Of a stretch of DNA of 64,000 nucleotides, positions 1 through 14,509 are shown in pieces. How positions within the stretch are numbered: the first letter of the stretch is position 1; each line of letters opens with the position of its first letter. This DNA comes from Octopus sinensis (lineage: Eukaryota). The position numbers and the translations under genes were made by a program. The stretch covers positions 248,001 to 312,000 of the forward strand of contig NC_042999.1 of NCBI RefSeq assembly GCF_006345805.1, written 5' to 3'. The notes beneath the pieces were generated by a model. That model searched no databases, was not told the DNA's origin, and saw only the letters and a list, made by a program, of their open reading frames with translations.

Positions 1-307
1 CATATACATATGTATATATATCTAATATATATACATATGTATATATATATACACATGTATTATATACATACATATATATGTATACATACATATATACATA
101 TATTTATACGTATATATATATACATATACACACATATATATATACGTATATACATGTGAATTTATATATAAACACATATATATATATGCATATATATACA
201 CATACATATTTATGTACACGTATATATATATATACATATATATATACAAATATATATATATATATATACATACATGTATATACATACATCCATACATATA
301 CATCCAT

Positions 308-363
<56 letters not shown>
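1..363. repeat. Compound (TA)n/(CA)n/(GA)n microsatellite
   Basis: Dinucleotide repeats read directly; the overlapping YIYI-type ORFs are translations of them. Confidence 0.97.
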
Positions 364-365
<2 letters not shown>

Positions 366-1999
366 GTAGAAACCTATGATTTTCTACATTTGCAAATGCT
401 CGCTCCATGCCTTAGACTTAGGCAAGACATTTTTGCATTATTGTAAATATTTAGATTTACTGTTTGGTAGTTGAATGGGTTCCTGTTTTTGCTTTTAAGA
501 TATTTTCAAGGTTTCTATTCCATCACACACACACACACACACACCATCATATACACCATCATATACAACGTACCATATTGTAAGCCTTCTGTCCATTATG
601 TGAAGTGCGAGGCGTTGGGTGTGTTGGTTATGAACGGTACAAGTAACCGAATACCGAATATCGAGAATCTCTCGGCTTAGATTATCAAAGTTCTCTATTG
701 GCCCCGACAGTTTGCAATCTCATACCGTGATATAAAAGAAGGAAAATCGAACAAGGAGGGAGAGAAAATGATGTAAGTTTAGAGGAGTATTTGATTAAAT
801 ATTAATGATTACGATGGGCATATTTATTCGCTATAATCGGACAAATGTAGGCACAAGTAAGTCTGTAATTTAGTTTCTGAACTGTTGCTGTGTATTAGCA
901 GCTTCCGATATGGTTTTCACAGTCAGTCATGGATTTATGCCTGCAGACATGCAATTGTACATCAATAATGCATAGGCATATTACAATTATATCTTTCTAC
1001 ATAGCTATGCACATTCTGTCTCAAACACACATGAGCATATATAAAGCTTCTCTGAAGGAAACAACCATACGGACTCGAGTAAAATGTGTTTATATATCTG
1101 GAGATAATATAGGTGAGTTGAAATATGTACAGGCGTCAATAAAAAGGACATTCACGCATAAACGCACGCACATGTATATACATAAAGCACACGAATGTAT
1201 ACACTCTTTCTCTCTCTCTCTGTTTCTCTCCCCTCTTCTTTCTCTCTCTGTCTCTCCCTCTCTCATACACACACATACAAGGAATATATTTGTTCATTTA
1301 TAGCATAAGCAGAAATAAATGTGTAAGTACGTATATAATTATACCTACAATAAATATACACAAATATTAATACAAATATTCATACGTTTACACACTCCAA
1401 CTCGCAGAGGTATAATTACACACATAAACGCAGCTATAGACGCATATACAAGCACAAACATACATATATATATACATATATTTATTACTATTTTCTATTG
1501 ATATTCTGTTAATCGCATGTGTGTGTGTATATGTCTATTTAAGTACATAGGTCTTTTGGGAGACAGGCAGACGTTTTAGTGTGCGTGCATATGGCCACTG
1601 CTATTCAGACTATCGGCTCTACGACATATGTACCTTCGTGATAGTTGCTAATGAATACTCTCAACACATTTACATATGCATATATCTAATGTTAACTATG
1701 TACAAAGATAAAAACCTGAACAAAATGGCTCTTGCTCACACAAGATTTGTTACAGAGGCTGAAAGATGTGCATGCACTCCCCATCCTCTCACTCCATACT
1801 CACACGCACATATATGGCGTCTATTCACACGCACATATATGGCGTCTAAAGGAAACCATTGCGTGCATCAAATGTGTACATATTATAGCTTGGATCAAAT
1901 TCACAGACACTCCTACTGATTCTTACTTGCAATCTTATACGCCTATACAGACATACGTATGTATGGGGAATATATAGGTCTTGCTTATAGTCAGCACGC

Positions 2000-2300
2000 C
2001 GGAGTAAAAACTATGTGAAAAAAAGTCTGTCATGGTTCCAAGTTAAATTGCACACCGACTTGTGGTATTATGATAATAATTCAGTTTTCTTGATAGAGGA
2101 TACGGTTGACTTTTGGAATATGTGGAGTATCTTTTTTCCGCAGAGAGAGAAAAAGGAAGCTCTGAGCTCTGAGCGAATAGGAAAAACGCCTGGTAAAACG
2201 TGAGAAAGATCAGGGCAAATTGTGCGGAGGCCACGGGAAAATATTGACGAGGCTGCAGACGAATAAAGAGGAGGATCCAAAGCAAAGGGGAGTAGGTACT
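2000..2300 (+). mobile_element. Highly decayed Tx1/L1-like ORF2 C-terminal fragment
   Basis: Frameshifted translation REKKEALSSE..W.NVRK....EATGKIL resembles RAEMQVLSSECFKKRWANVARM...EATLSIIL of the 17 kb fragment. Confidence 0.35.
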
Positions 2301-2535
2301 TTCGAGGATGTTCCTTATTTTACTGGGTTAAGTAATTTCCTTTTTGTAAACCTCAAGTAGTATATGTGGCAAGTGGACCCTGCCTCGATATCATCAGCTG
2401 TATGTTCTGTGTAGAATATTTGGAACGCCATCACAGAGAGTGAGAATCGCCCTACACATCACAGCTATGAATTGTTGGGATCACTTCGTTGCGTAGGTCG
2501 TTTGATTTCGGTTGTTGCAGCGATAGTTGAATGGG

Positions 2536-2593
2536 TATACATACACACATACATGCATACATACATATATACATACATATATAAATACATACT

Positions 2594-2639
<46 letters not shown>

Positions 2640-2770
2640 TATTTATTTAAATTTATATATATGGTGTGTCATATATATATCTATATCTATATATATACCT
2701 ATATATATATAATATATATACCTATATATATATATATATACCTACTATATATATATATATATATATATAT

Positions 2771-2806
<36 letters not shown>

Positions 2807-2813
2807 ATATATA

Positions 2814-2866
<53 letters not shown>
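2536..2866. repeat. (TA)n microsatellite
   Basis: Seen directly. Confidence 0.97.
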
Positions 2867-2867
<1 letters not shown>

Positions 2868-5800
2868 CTTAGAATAACTTAGAAAGGTTTTGGCCAGTAT
2901 TGGCCCAGGCCATGTCTAACTTAATAGCACCACCTGGCGAAGTCTTTCAGTTCAGGATTTAGGCACCAAGGCCCATTCGAGCAGAGAGTTATTGTTTGCG
3001 GAGACATATCCGGGTGTGGGTGGTTTGTCCGTACTGTTTGAAGGAATTTGTCCAAAGACTTTTGTCTGGTCAGTTTCTTTTTTGACGTGCCCTGGTGTAA
3101 TGTTGAAGAGAGCAGGTCCAATTGAGGTGAAATAGTTGTGCCGTATTGTCGTTATGTGATGCGATTTAGATTTTTGTTGTGGACGGATGGCACGTGGTCC
3201 AAGCCTTGGATGCATTTTGAAGGTGATGCCAACATCATTCGGACAGTGCTGGTGGAATATTTTCCACATCATACAGATAATGTAGCGTTCACGCTCGTCG
3301 TGGAGTGAATACAATTTTCAGCTTCTCTAGTCCCCCAGTAGTCAAGGTCTGACATGCCATCTATCTTTTTGTGATTGACCTTTGGGGAGCTTAATTCTCA
3401 TAATATTTGTTTTGTGTAGGGAGACCACAGTGGACAGCAGTATTCAAGGTGGGGTCGGGCAAAAGTGGAGAAGAGAAGGATAATAGCGTGGGAATCTCTC
3501 GACTGGAAGGTTCTGAGAATCCAGGAACACATTCTGCGGGCCATGTCAACTTTGCTGCTTATGTGTAGCCCAGCTTATGTTGTTGTCCACTGTTACTCCC
3601 AGGTCTCTGATGTTGTTGGATGCCATGAGAATTTCTCCAGAAGGAAGAGAGTATGGGAGTTTCAGAGCGTCCTCCCTTCCAAAGTGGATCAGTTCAAATT
3701 TGTCTTCATTTAGCAACATGTTATTCTTTTACGCCCATTGGACAACAGCCAGTAGGTCTGACTGAAGGTTTATTCGGTCATCCCCCGCCATTGATGACCT
3801 TCTGGAGCTTGGAATCATCAGCGAAGGTTCTGATGTTACTGTGTTTGATGGTGTCAGTAATATCATTTATGTAGATGATGAAGAAAAGTGGGCCCAACAC
3901 AGTGCCTTGTGGGACACCACTGCTGACTTTGGCTGGGCTGGATTTGACTCCTTCGACTACAACATGTTGGGTTCTGTTAGACAGGAAGCACTTGATCCAC
4001 TGCAGCAGCTTTCCAGTGACACCAATATTGGACAGCTTTCTCAGAAGGGTCTTATGATCAACCCTGTCAAAGGCCTTGCTGAAATCAAGGTAGATGACAT
4101 CAGTGGGAACCTTCTCCCAAGGCTCTGAAAATGTCATCAAAATGATGCAGTAGCTGCGTCAGGCAATCTCTCCCATTACGGAATCCATGCTGGTTGGGGT
4201 TCAGCATATTATGACTCTCAGGAAGTGAGTCATACGCGATCTCAGCACCCTCTCAAATACCTTGATGATATGAGAGGTGAGTGAGATTGGACGGTAATTC
4301 ACGGCAAGCGATTTGTTTCCTTTTTTGAAAACTGGGACAACAGACTGGGATAGAAGGTCTTCTGGTATATATCCAGCATCCAGTGAGTTCCGCCACAGAT
4401 TGGCTAGAGGGGGTGCAAGTTGGTTTTGACACATCTTCAAGACACAAGCAGGGAACCTATCGGGACCTACTGCTGAATTATGCTTCATTTCCTTTATTGC
4501 TGCTAAGACATCAGGAGCGCCAAATGTTATGTCCGATAAAGTGTATTGGGGAGTAACATCACTGATACAGTCCAGATCAGTCATATCAGGATTGCTGAAA
4601 ACAGAGCAATATTGTTTCTGCAATATCTCTCCCATGGTTTTGGCATTGTCTTGAAGAGTACCATTTTCATCAATCAGAGGGCCAACAGTAGAACCAGTGA
4701 CTCTGTGTTTTTTTGCAAATGAAAAAAACACTTTGGATTGAGTTTGATCTTCTCAATGGCCCAGGCCTCTTCAGCTCTTCGCTGACTATTGATGATAGAC
4801 ATCATGTTGTTTTGGAGTTTATGTTTTTTAATCTCTAGACGAGACGAGATGGCAGTCAGGTTGGTGTGTTGCTGTTGACAGTATTTCAGCATGTTGATCT
4901 TTTTGTTGATTCTTTTAATTTTCCTTATGAGAGATTTTCTATTTCTAGGGATTCGACACTTAGATTTGTTTGCAGATCTTAATGGGGTGTGTCTTGCACA
5001 TATGTTCGTGATGGTGTCTACAAGTGACTGCCAGGACTTTTTGATGTTAGTGGGTGTGTATGTGTGCGTGAAGGACCAATCGACTTGTGCAAGATCATTA
5101 TTGATCGCTTCCCAGTTTGCATTGGAAATCCATAGTGTCAAATGGATGAACAGGAGGGATGACATTTGTTTTGCATTTTGGCCAGTGAAATCTCAGATCA
5201 CAGAGAACCATGTCATGGTCGGAGAGTAGGGTTTTCTCCACTGCAATATTGTGGATAGTATCAGTGTGATTGCTGAAAATTAAGTCTAAGACGTTTTTGT
5301 GACATGTCGTTGGTTCGAGTACCAGTTGGGACAAGAAGAAGTCATCCATGAAGTCAAGAAGCGATTCCACTGCCTCCCTGTCAGGGGTTGAGAGAGAAGA
5401 ACCTGGCGGCAGACGGTTGTAGACCAGTCAACCCCGGGAAGGTTGAAGTCTCCCATCATTAAAATGTTGTCAGGTTGACACTGCTGAATGAAACACTTTA
5501 TGTGTTGAGGCATTCCTTGAAGCATGGTAGGGGCGTTTGGGGGTGGTCTGTAGAGCCCAACTACTGTAAGTTGTTGGTTTGGCTGAATACAGCGACTGCT
5601 TCGCAGTATCCATTGGAAAAAATGTTCATGGCTTCTGTTGAGAATGAATCATGGACATAAATGGCAGTCCCACCCTTTCTTCTGCCAGCACGATCAGCAC
5701 GAAAGGTTTTGAAATTTTTAACTTTCACCTCGGCTTCCAAGTGGAGGTCACTAGATGGGTTTCAGTGAGGACGAAGAAAGGGATGTGGTTTGGATGGGCC

Positions 5801-6308
5801 TCGACCCAGTCCTCCAGGAATCTTATCTTCCATTTTTGTGTATTGGTGGAAGGGCTGATGCCTTGGGCATTAAGCAGAAATGTTGAGGCGAGAGTGGATG
5901 GTTTTAATTGTTTTGGTGATTTGTTTATTTGATTGCTTTTTAATGGTATGTGCAGTGGTGTAATAGTGGTGGATGGGGGGTTGTGATAGCTCGGATGTTT
6001 TTTCCAGTTCTTTTGCTAGATTCATTATAGCTAAAAAAGAGGAAGAAGAGGTGGTTTCCTGTCTAGGGAACCGCAGGTGACTGTGGCCGCGGCTATTTTT
6101 ATATGAGTGGTTATCTTGAAATGTCCGACGAGTCCCCGGGAGATGGGTAAAGGGGCAATCCCTGTGCAAACACAATCTGTCTCGCTGGGAATAGCGGCAG
6201 ATTTGGGGATTCCTTGTTTGAGATATTGGTGGTTGTGGTGGTGTTGTATTATGGTGGTTGCTGTTGTAGTTTGTGGGGATAGAGCGTTTTGTTCCAGGTA
6301 GATGGGTC
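2867..6308 (-). mobile_element. Near full-length decayed CR1-group LINE (CCCH finger, APE endonuclease, RT), frameshifted
   Basis: APE motifs LNAQGI, FFVLTETHL, MGDFNLP, LDLIFSN, LSDHD. RT motifs GPDRFP, NYRPISLTS, YLDFSKAFDRVDH, SGVPQGTVLGP, FADDSKL. 3' tail ctaagttattctaagt. (TA)n on both sides. Confidence 0.93.
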
Positions 6309-6407
6309 TATATATATATCTATATATATATCTATATATCTATATATATATCTATATATCTATATCTCTCTCTCCTATATATATATATATATCTATCTAT
6401 ATATATA

Positions 6408-8661
6408 CTCTTTTACTCTTTCAGCCATCCGGCTGAGGCCATGCTGGGGCACCGCCTTGTTGCTACCCTCTCTAAGTCCAGTTTGCCGTGGCTGGCCACT
6501 GATCTAAGAGAGAGTTTGTAGCTGCTGCCCTTAGGTTACCTTCGTACCTTGCAGTGGGTTCATGGGATCCCGGAAAGCAGCTTGTCTAGATGTTTTTTGA
6601 AAATGTCCACATCCGCATCACGTAGATCTCTTAGTTTTCTTGGCAGTTTGTTGAACAGCTGAGGGCCCCTGAACCCCAGGCTATTACAGTATCTGCTCCT
6701 TACCCTGGATGTGGAAGACGGGACCTTTGGCACCACACAGTGACGTCCTGTACGGGGATTGGAACAGCTCTCAATTCCAAAATTGGTGTGCTAGTCCCTC
6801 CCGGATTTTCCATATATATATCACTGCATATCTCTCTCGTCTTCGTTCCAAGGAGTACAAATTGAGTTCCCTAAGCCTCTCCCAATAGTTCTTTTCTTTC
6901 ATGGTGGAAATCCTCTTGGTGAAATGTCTTGGATTGTCTCAAGCTCTGTGGTTAGTTTGACACTATGCGGTGACCACAGTTGGGAGCAGTAGTCCAGGCG
7001 GCTTAGGACAAATGTCCTCCATAGTGTCAACATGGTCTCGCAGTCTCTTGTCCGGAATGTCCTCAGGATCCAGCCAGTGAGTCGTCTGCACATTGTCGCC
7101 ATCTTCGCGATGTGTGAAGAAAAAGATGCATCGTCACTCATGTCTATCCCCAGGTCCCGTATTGATTTCGATACTGGGATTTCGATCCCTCCTGAACCAG
7201 TATAGTTGTGTTGTAATGTATATGTGTTTACAGCTTGATATTGTAAGGCTTGAAATTTACCAGCATTAAATTGCATGTTGTTGTCTTCAGCCCATTTGTA
7301 TATGGCATCCAGATCTTGTTGTAAAAGGTCAGCATCAGCTGGGTTTTTGATTGCCTGTGCTACCTTTGTGTCATCAGCATAGCTAGTGAGGGATGTTGTT
7401 TGTGCTACCAAGGGCATGTCAGGAGCGCCACCAAAAACAGCAAGGGTCCCAAGACTGGCCCTGTGGCACCCCGCTTGCTATTGGTGTCTTTCCCGAGAGG
7501 GCTCCATTGGCTGCAACCATCTGGCTTCTGTCCTTCAGGAAGTCATGTATCCACTCACCTACTTTTCCTGTTATGCCGAGTCTGAGTAATTTGTGACATA
7601 TCACTCCGTGGTCGACTTTGTCAAAGGCCTTCGCAAAGTGGAGATATACCACATCAACTGTGAGCGATCCAGTAGTTGTTTCAGTACCCAGTCGTAGTGT
7701 TGTAACAGCTGCGTAAGGCAGCTTCTTCCTGGGCGAAAGCCATGCTGTGTGTCAGTGAGACGGTTAGTTTCTTCGAGGAACGTGATCAGTTTTTTTCTGA
7801 TGATTCGTTCCATGACCTTACTTATGTGTGACGTCAGGGAGACTGGCCTGTAGTTTTTGGCCTCTGCTCTACTCCCTCCTTTGTGGATAGGGCATATGGT
7901 GCCTTCTTTTAGCGCCCTGGGCAGTTACCGTTAGCCAAGGAACCACTGAAGAGCCTCTTCAGTGGTCCCGCTAGGGCATGCCTGCATGTATTTAGGAGGA
8001 CTGCTGGGAATCCATCTGGTCCAGCAGCTGAGTTTATTCTCATTTCTTCTATGGCAGATATTACATCCCTCTCTGTTATGTCTATGTGGTCGATGGTTGT
8101 TGGTTTTTTGGAGTGTTGTGGCATCAAAGAAAACTTCTGGGTTTGTGATTTGCATGTGCCCCAGAGGGGATGTGAACACACTTTTATACTGTTCCTTAGT
8201 ATTTCACTTATCCCTTGGGGGTCCTCAGTTAGAGAGCCCTTTTTATCAAGAGTGGGCCAATCTTGGAGTGTACCGAGATGGTTTCTTTCGCAAATTTAAA
8301 GAAGGCTTTAGGGTTTGTTTTAATATTCTCTATGGCCCTGGCTTCTCTCTCTGCCCTCTCCTTCTCATAGGAAAGTTGAGTGCAGTTTCCGTTTCAAAAA
8401 GTTTCAGGTGGAGTCCCTCATTGTTTCTCTGCCGTGCATTCAGTTGCTTCGAGAGCTTAGCTCTTCGCCTCATAAGTATTTTCCTGTCTCTGGGAATAAC
8501 GTTCCTATGCCCGCTGGCTTTTTTCTCCGGGACAAACTTATGGCATATGTTCTGTATTGTTGTCATGAAATGTTGGAAATGTGTGTTGGTGTCTTGTGTG
8601 GTGATGAAGTCACTCCAGTCATGTTTTCGGATCTCTTCGTTGATCTTCTTCCAGTTTGCCT
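6408..8661 (-). mobile_element. 5'-truncated decayed CR1-group LINE, second family (RT region plus 3' end)
   Basis: Motifs AAGPDGFPAVLL, QHGFRPGRSCLTQLL, YLHFAKAFDKVDH, SGVPQG, YADDTK, LDYCSQLWSP. Tail ggcggtgccccagcatggcctcagccggatggctgaaagagtaaaagag. Confidence 0.93.
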
Positions 8662-8919
8662 TATATATATATATCTATATCTATATATATATAATATATA
8701 TATATATATAATATATATATATATACATATCTATATATATATATATTATATATATCTATATATATATATATTATATATATATATATATAATATATATATC
8801 TATATATATATATATATATATACATATCTATATATTATATATATATATATATATAATATTATATAATATTATATAATATTATATATATATATCTATATAT
8901 ATATATATATCTATATATC

Positions 8920-9001
<82 letters not shown>

Positions 9002-9040
9002 ATATACATAAATATATATATTCATGTATATGTGTGTGTA
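8662..9040. repeat. (TA)n microsatellite
   Basis: Seen directly. Confidence 0.97.
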
Positions 9041-9139
9041 GTGTCAGCTCGTTGCCTTTGATCCTCCTATTACATTAATCTTGCATAATTTTACAGACAT
9101 CTTTTCTTGTTGTTGTTTTTGTTATTTCTTAAGCAGCAT

Positions 9140-9552
9140 AGGCACAGGAGTAGCTGTGTGGTAAGTAGCTTGCTTACGAGCCACAGAGTACGGGGTTCAA
9201 TCCCACTGCGTGGCTCCTTGGGCAAGTGTCTTCTACTATAGCCTCTGGCTGAAAAGCCTTATAAGTGGATTTGGTAGAAGGAAACTGAAAGAAGCCCGTC
9301 GAATATATGTATATGTATATATATCTATGTGTGTGTGTGTATGTTTGTGTCTGTGTTTGTCCCCTCATCATCGCTTGACAACCGATGCTGGTGTGTTTAC
9401 GTCCCCGTAACTTAGCGGTTCGGCAAAAGAGACCGATAGAATAAGTACTAGGCTTACAAAGAATAAGTCCTGGGGTCGATTTGCTCGACTAAAGGCGGTG
9501 CCCCAGCATGACCGCAATAACATGACTGAAACAAGTAAAAGATTAAAAGAGT
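9140..9552 (+). mobile_element. SINE family A (tRNA-like head, CORE-like ccttgggcaagt, internal microsatellite, CR1-like tail)
   Basis: Pol III A box tagctgtgtgg and B box ggttcaatccc; many similar copies in the window. Confidence 0.9.
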
Positions 9553-11067
9553 GAAATAGGGGGAAATAAACTGAACGGTGTCTAGTTTGCATCGGCAAGC
9601 ATGAATTCATTAAAATGTGTAACATATAAATTAATGTGTTGGTTTTATTTTTGAAATGGTGGTGTGTTAGTTGCAACGAGATGGTCGTTTATTAATTGTT
9701 TAAAGCAGATTCCATTTCGCTCAGGGGATGGGTCTGGTGGTAACATTTGACATTTCTTATCTTCAAACAAATCAAGCAAATTCATATTTGCGTTTCAAGA
9801 AACTGATTTGAAATATTCATTTGAAGCGAATTTTTTTTTATTTGCTACGTGATACTTGCAGTTTTACATGTGACAGCTTTTCCTACGCCAAGATGGACGA
9901 AAATAAAAATAAAAGGCAATAAAATATATCTGTGATAAAGTTGGGGTCATCAAAGAAAAATGTTGATAAAATCATTAATGCTTAGATTGAACGTGAGTTC
10001 GTTAGCATAGCAGTAGTGCCGGATTGAATTAAGCGTGTACTGTTAATTAAAAGTCTTGTTTGAACAATCAAACTGTGTACGTGCAGTTAATTGATGTAAT
10101 ATGAGTGCTGACTAATTGGCGAGTTGACAACTCATCTGACGATTTGACAGAGTGGAATCTGACGGCAATCTCGAGTACCGAACGGGATTATAGTAACCAG
10201 AGAGATTTTTCATAGGTTTACATAGCATATGAAAACTATAAGGGTGTATGAATGTAAATATATGTATACAAGCGGAATTAGTAAGGGGTTTCTGAAGCGA
10301 GTGGGTATAAATAAATAAAATCGTCTTAGAATGATTGACTCTTTGAAAATATTTTTTTCTAATTTTGGGGCTTCACTTGAAGCGATAAAGTGGAGAGATT
10401 CTTATTATCCGAAAAGAGAATTAATAATTTCTCAATTCCTAAGATCCATAATATAACAATTACTTTTATTTTATTATAATGGCTTTTTAAAGTTCTTAAC
10501 ATCATCATGCACAATCGTATATAGCCGGATTTGAAGAAACCCTTCGTAAAACGAGAATGGATTAAGAAATAATTATTCAAAAGCTCGACAAATACTGTCT
10601 GACGAACTACAGTCACGAAGAAGAACCTTTAATTCCTTTCATAAACATATATACTCTACATATGCAATGCCAACCTTGAAAATATGGCTAACATTGACAA
10701 AATATAATCGTTTGAAATCGTTCATTTGATTAACCATTTGTCTAGATATGGAACATTTTACTGAAAAATCTAAAGCCTGCCAGAATTTTCCCACAACCTA
10801 GGCGTCATCCTATGATAATCTCTGACAGAAGTTCACGGGAAGAGGACGGCAAACGATGTGTTCATTTTCAAGACCAGACTAATTTCTTTGTTCCATTCAA
10901 CCAAGAGTTACAAATATCCCTAACAACTGAAATGAAATATTGACTGTGAATGTGAGGTCATGTAGCAACATATGTTTTATTTTTAAAATAGGGGCCAGAG
11001 CTGAAGTGTCAATCCAAATTTTTCGAGAAACAAATGCTTATAATCAATATTAGGGCGGCGAGTTGAG

Positions 11068-11131
11068 TATATATATAAATATATATACACACATATATAT
11101 ATATTTATATTTACATTACACATATATACAG

Positions 11132-11164
<33 letters not shown>

Positions 11165-11238
11165 TATATTTATATTTACATTACACATATATACAGTATA
11201 TATATATATTTATATTTACATTACACATATATACAGAT

Positions 11239-11292
<54 letters not shown>

Positions 11293-11510
11293 TATACATA
11301 TACATGTATGTAATTATATCTATATATGTAATATGTATTTTTGTTTATATATTATATATATATGTGTGTGTGTATGTGTGTATGTGAATATGTATGTATA
11401 TGTATACCCAGATGGTGTGGGCTGATAACGGCCAAAATCAATCTAAGTTATCTAAGTTATATATATGTGTGTATGTGTGTGTGTGTGTGTGTGTGTGAAT
11501 GTATATATAA
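11068..11510. repeat. (TA)n/(TG)n microsatellite block
   Basis: Seen directly. Confidence 0.93.
11408..11460 (+). mobile_element. Extreme 3' end of the first CR1-group LINE family
   Basis: agatggtgtgggctgataacggccaaaatcaatctaagttatctaagtt resembles the reverse complement of 2867-2920. Confidence 0.6.
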
Positions 11511-12247
11511 ATATGATTGCATGCTTACAAACCAACTCTATTACGTGGGGTATGCAAGATGTCGAACAAACTATATCGTGCCATTTAATTTCTCCTCCAT
11601 AGCTCAAAGTTTAAATTCCACTGGAGTGGACTTTGCCTCCCTCAGATCTTGAACAAAAGTAGAATAAGCACGACTAATATTGAAAGACCAATTAAATCAT
11701 CTGTATACCTCTAGTACACAATTTGGCTTCATACCAAATATGTGAAACTTTAATATAATATTTCCTGGTGGTCCTAAGTAGCGTAAATGGCTGCGGCAAT
11801 GCCAGATTAAACGCACTGCAGTATTTATTTCCCTTCGAGAAGTTTCCATCTGGCATAAGAAAACACGAAACTGCACTCCCCTGTATTCCCCTGGCTCTAC
11901 TAACATCATCATTCATCGCCATTATAATTAGAAGTACTAAATACTTGTTTATAGTGTAACGGTTCCTTTATCTACATATACTTACAGCTTTGTATACTTA
12001 CAGATACGTATACGTCAATGAAGAGTCTCAAATCGACACCTACATATACGAACAGACATACACGTACACACATACTCATATACATGTAATTACACGCATA
12101 TAATCACACTTATACACAATTATAACTATATAATCACTGTATTAAATTCACATTATGGTTTCACGTTCATTAAGCAAGCGGATGTCTTTGATATTTCGAT
12201 CTACAAAGTATGGCAATGATACCCTTGTCTCCTGTACTCACTGGGGC

Positions 12248-12248
12248 A

Positions 12249-12297
<49 letters not shown>

Positions 12298-12486
12298 CTG
12301 TGTGTGTGTGTATGTATGTATCTATGTTTGTGTGTATGTATATATATATAATATATATAATCTTCATATATACATACACATATATATGCATACATATATA
12401 TAAATATACATTCATACATATATGCATACATACATGCATACATATATATAAATATACATTCATACATATATGCATACATGCATGCA

Positions 12487-12522
<36 letters not shown>

Positions 12523-12710
12523 TCTGAAAATACGCACATATATATATATATATATATATATAATATTCATATATATGTATATCTCTCTCTCTATATATAT
12601 ATATAATATATAATATAATATAATATAAAATATATAGATATATATATATATATGCATACATATATATAATATAATATACACGTGTATGTAACAATGTATA
12701 TGTCTTTGTA
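12248..12710. repeat. Compound TA/TG/CATA microsatellite
   Basis: Seen directly. Confidence 0.93.
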
Positions 12711-13885
12711 TATAATTGTGACTATCTTGTTCTTTTATACGTTTGTATGAATTTAAATATACATTCATGTATACACTCCTTCATACATATTTACAGAAAT
12801 ATCCATACTTCTTAGCGACCTTGTGTAAGTGTACACGCACCTGTGTATACGTGTGTGATTGTATTTATGTGCGTATATGTATTAATGTTATGTGTGTGTA
12901 TGGGTGCGTGTGTTTGTGAATTCAAGTGTGTACATGTTCAAAGACCAACGTACTAAGAACGTTTTAAAGGAAAGTTTTATAGATTTTAACAATGCATATT
13001 TTCCCCAAGTTACTGCTTGATGTTTCGCCATTGTTGATGCTGAATGGAAATATCATTAAAGCTGCTTGATGTGTCCGAAGGGCTTCCAACGTCTTAATTC
13101 CGCTAATTATTTTACATTTAGCACGTCCTACTTTAACGTCTGTTATATAGGAAAGAAGCGAAGTGGCATTGAAACTTATTGGAAACGGCAGCACTCTAGA
13201 ACAATCAACTAAAGTCGTGTAGCATTCAATTAGTTTTAATAACTGTCTCTAGCCAAGCAAATAGCAAGCAATGTCTACCGATTTTCGCGTCTGAAATATC
13301 TGGTATAAGTAGACTAAATGCATTCAAGCAGAGCTCTGCAATTTGGAAAATTCTTACGAAGAACTATTGACATAAAGAGTTAAGTACTTTTAACGCCAAG
13401 ACCTTAATTAGAGATAGAGAGATAGAGATAAATAGATTGATTGATAGAGAGAGAGAGAGAAGAGGTGAAAGAGAGAGAAGGGGAGAAAGAGAGAGAAAAC
13501 GGACGGCATATGTAGAGAATTGGTAATAAGCAGAGATGCGGTCAATTAATAACAGAATAAGAACGAATGAGACAGAAAATGATACAGTGATATATAGACA
13601 TAGGGATGCACAAGTACATAAATACATATATAATTATTTATTTACACGCATACACGCGCGTACACACACACACACACGCAAACACATTTATATATATATC
13701 TCTGTATGTGTGCATGTCTATCTATCATCTCTCTAGCTGTCTGTCTGTCTGCCTACTTATATACGTATGTGTTTACATATATATATATGTGTGTGTACAT
13801 ATATATATATATATATATATGTATGAATATGTATCTATCTATCTATATATATATATATGTGTACATATATATATATATATGGCGG

Positions 13886-14002
13886 TTTTTTTACTTTTTT
13901 TTACTTTTTTTACTTTTTTTACTTTTTACTTTTTTTACTTTTTTTTACTTTTTTTTACTTTTTATTTTTTATTTTTTACTTTTTATTTTTTACTTTTTAT
14001 TA
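13886..14002. repeat. T-rich (TTTTTTAC)n tandem repeat
   Basis: Seen directly. Confidence 0.9.
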
Positions 14003-14064
14003 AAATTTTATGTATTGATTAAGTCTTATTGATTAAGTGTGTACATATATATATATATATATAT

Positions 14065-14470
14065 AGGCGCAGGAGTGGCTGTGTGGTAAGTAGCTTGTTT
14101 ACCAACCACATGGTTCCGGGTTCAGTCCCACTGCGTGGCACCTTGGGCAAGTGTCTTCTACTATAGCCTCGGGCCGACCAAAGCCTTGTGAGTGGATTTG
14201 ATAGACGGAAACTGAAAGAAGCCCGTCGTATATATGTATATATATGTATATATATATGCGTGTGTGTGTTTGTGTATCTGTGTTCGTCCCCCTAGCATTG
14301 CTTGACAACCAATGCTGGTGTGTTTATGTCCCCGTCACTTAGCGGTTCGGCAAAACAGACCGATAGAAAAAGTACTGGGCTTACAAAGAATAAGTCCCGG
14401 GGTCGAGTTGCTCGACTAAAAGCGGTGCTCCAGCATGGCCGTAGTCAAATGACTGAAACAAGTAAAAGAG
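14065..14470 (+). mobile_element. SINE family A, full length
   Basis: Head aggcgcaggagtggctgtgtgg through tail gactgaaacaagtaaaagag. Confidence 0.92.

Positions 14471-14509
<39 letters not shown>

Noticed and set aside
1560-1620. Minus-strand hammerhead-like CUGAAUA..AAAAcgUC
   Set aside because: Two core mismatches and no stem I
7962-8711. 249-aa plus-strand ORF
   Set aside because: It is the antisense frame of the LINE running into (TA)n
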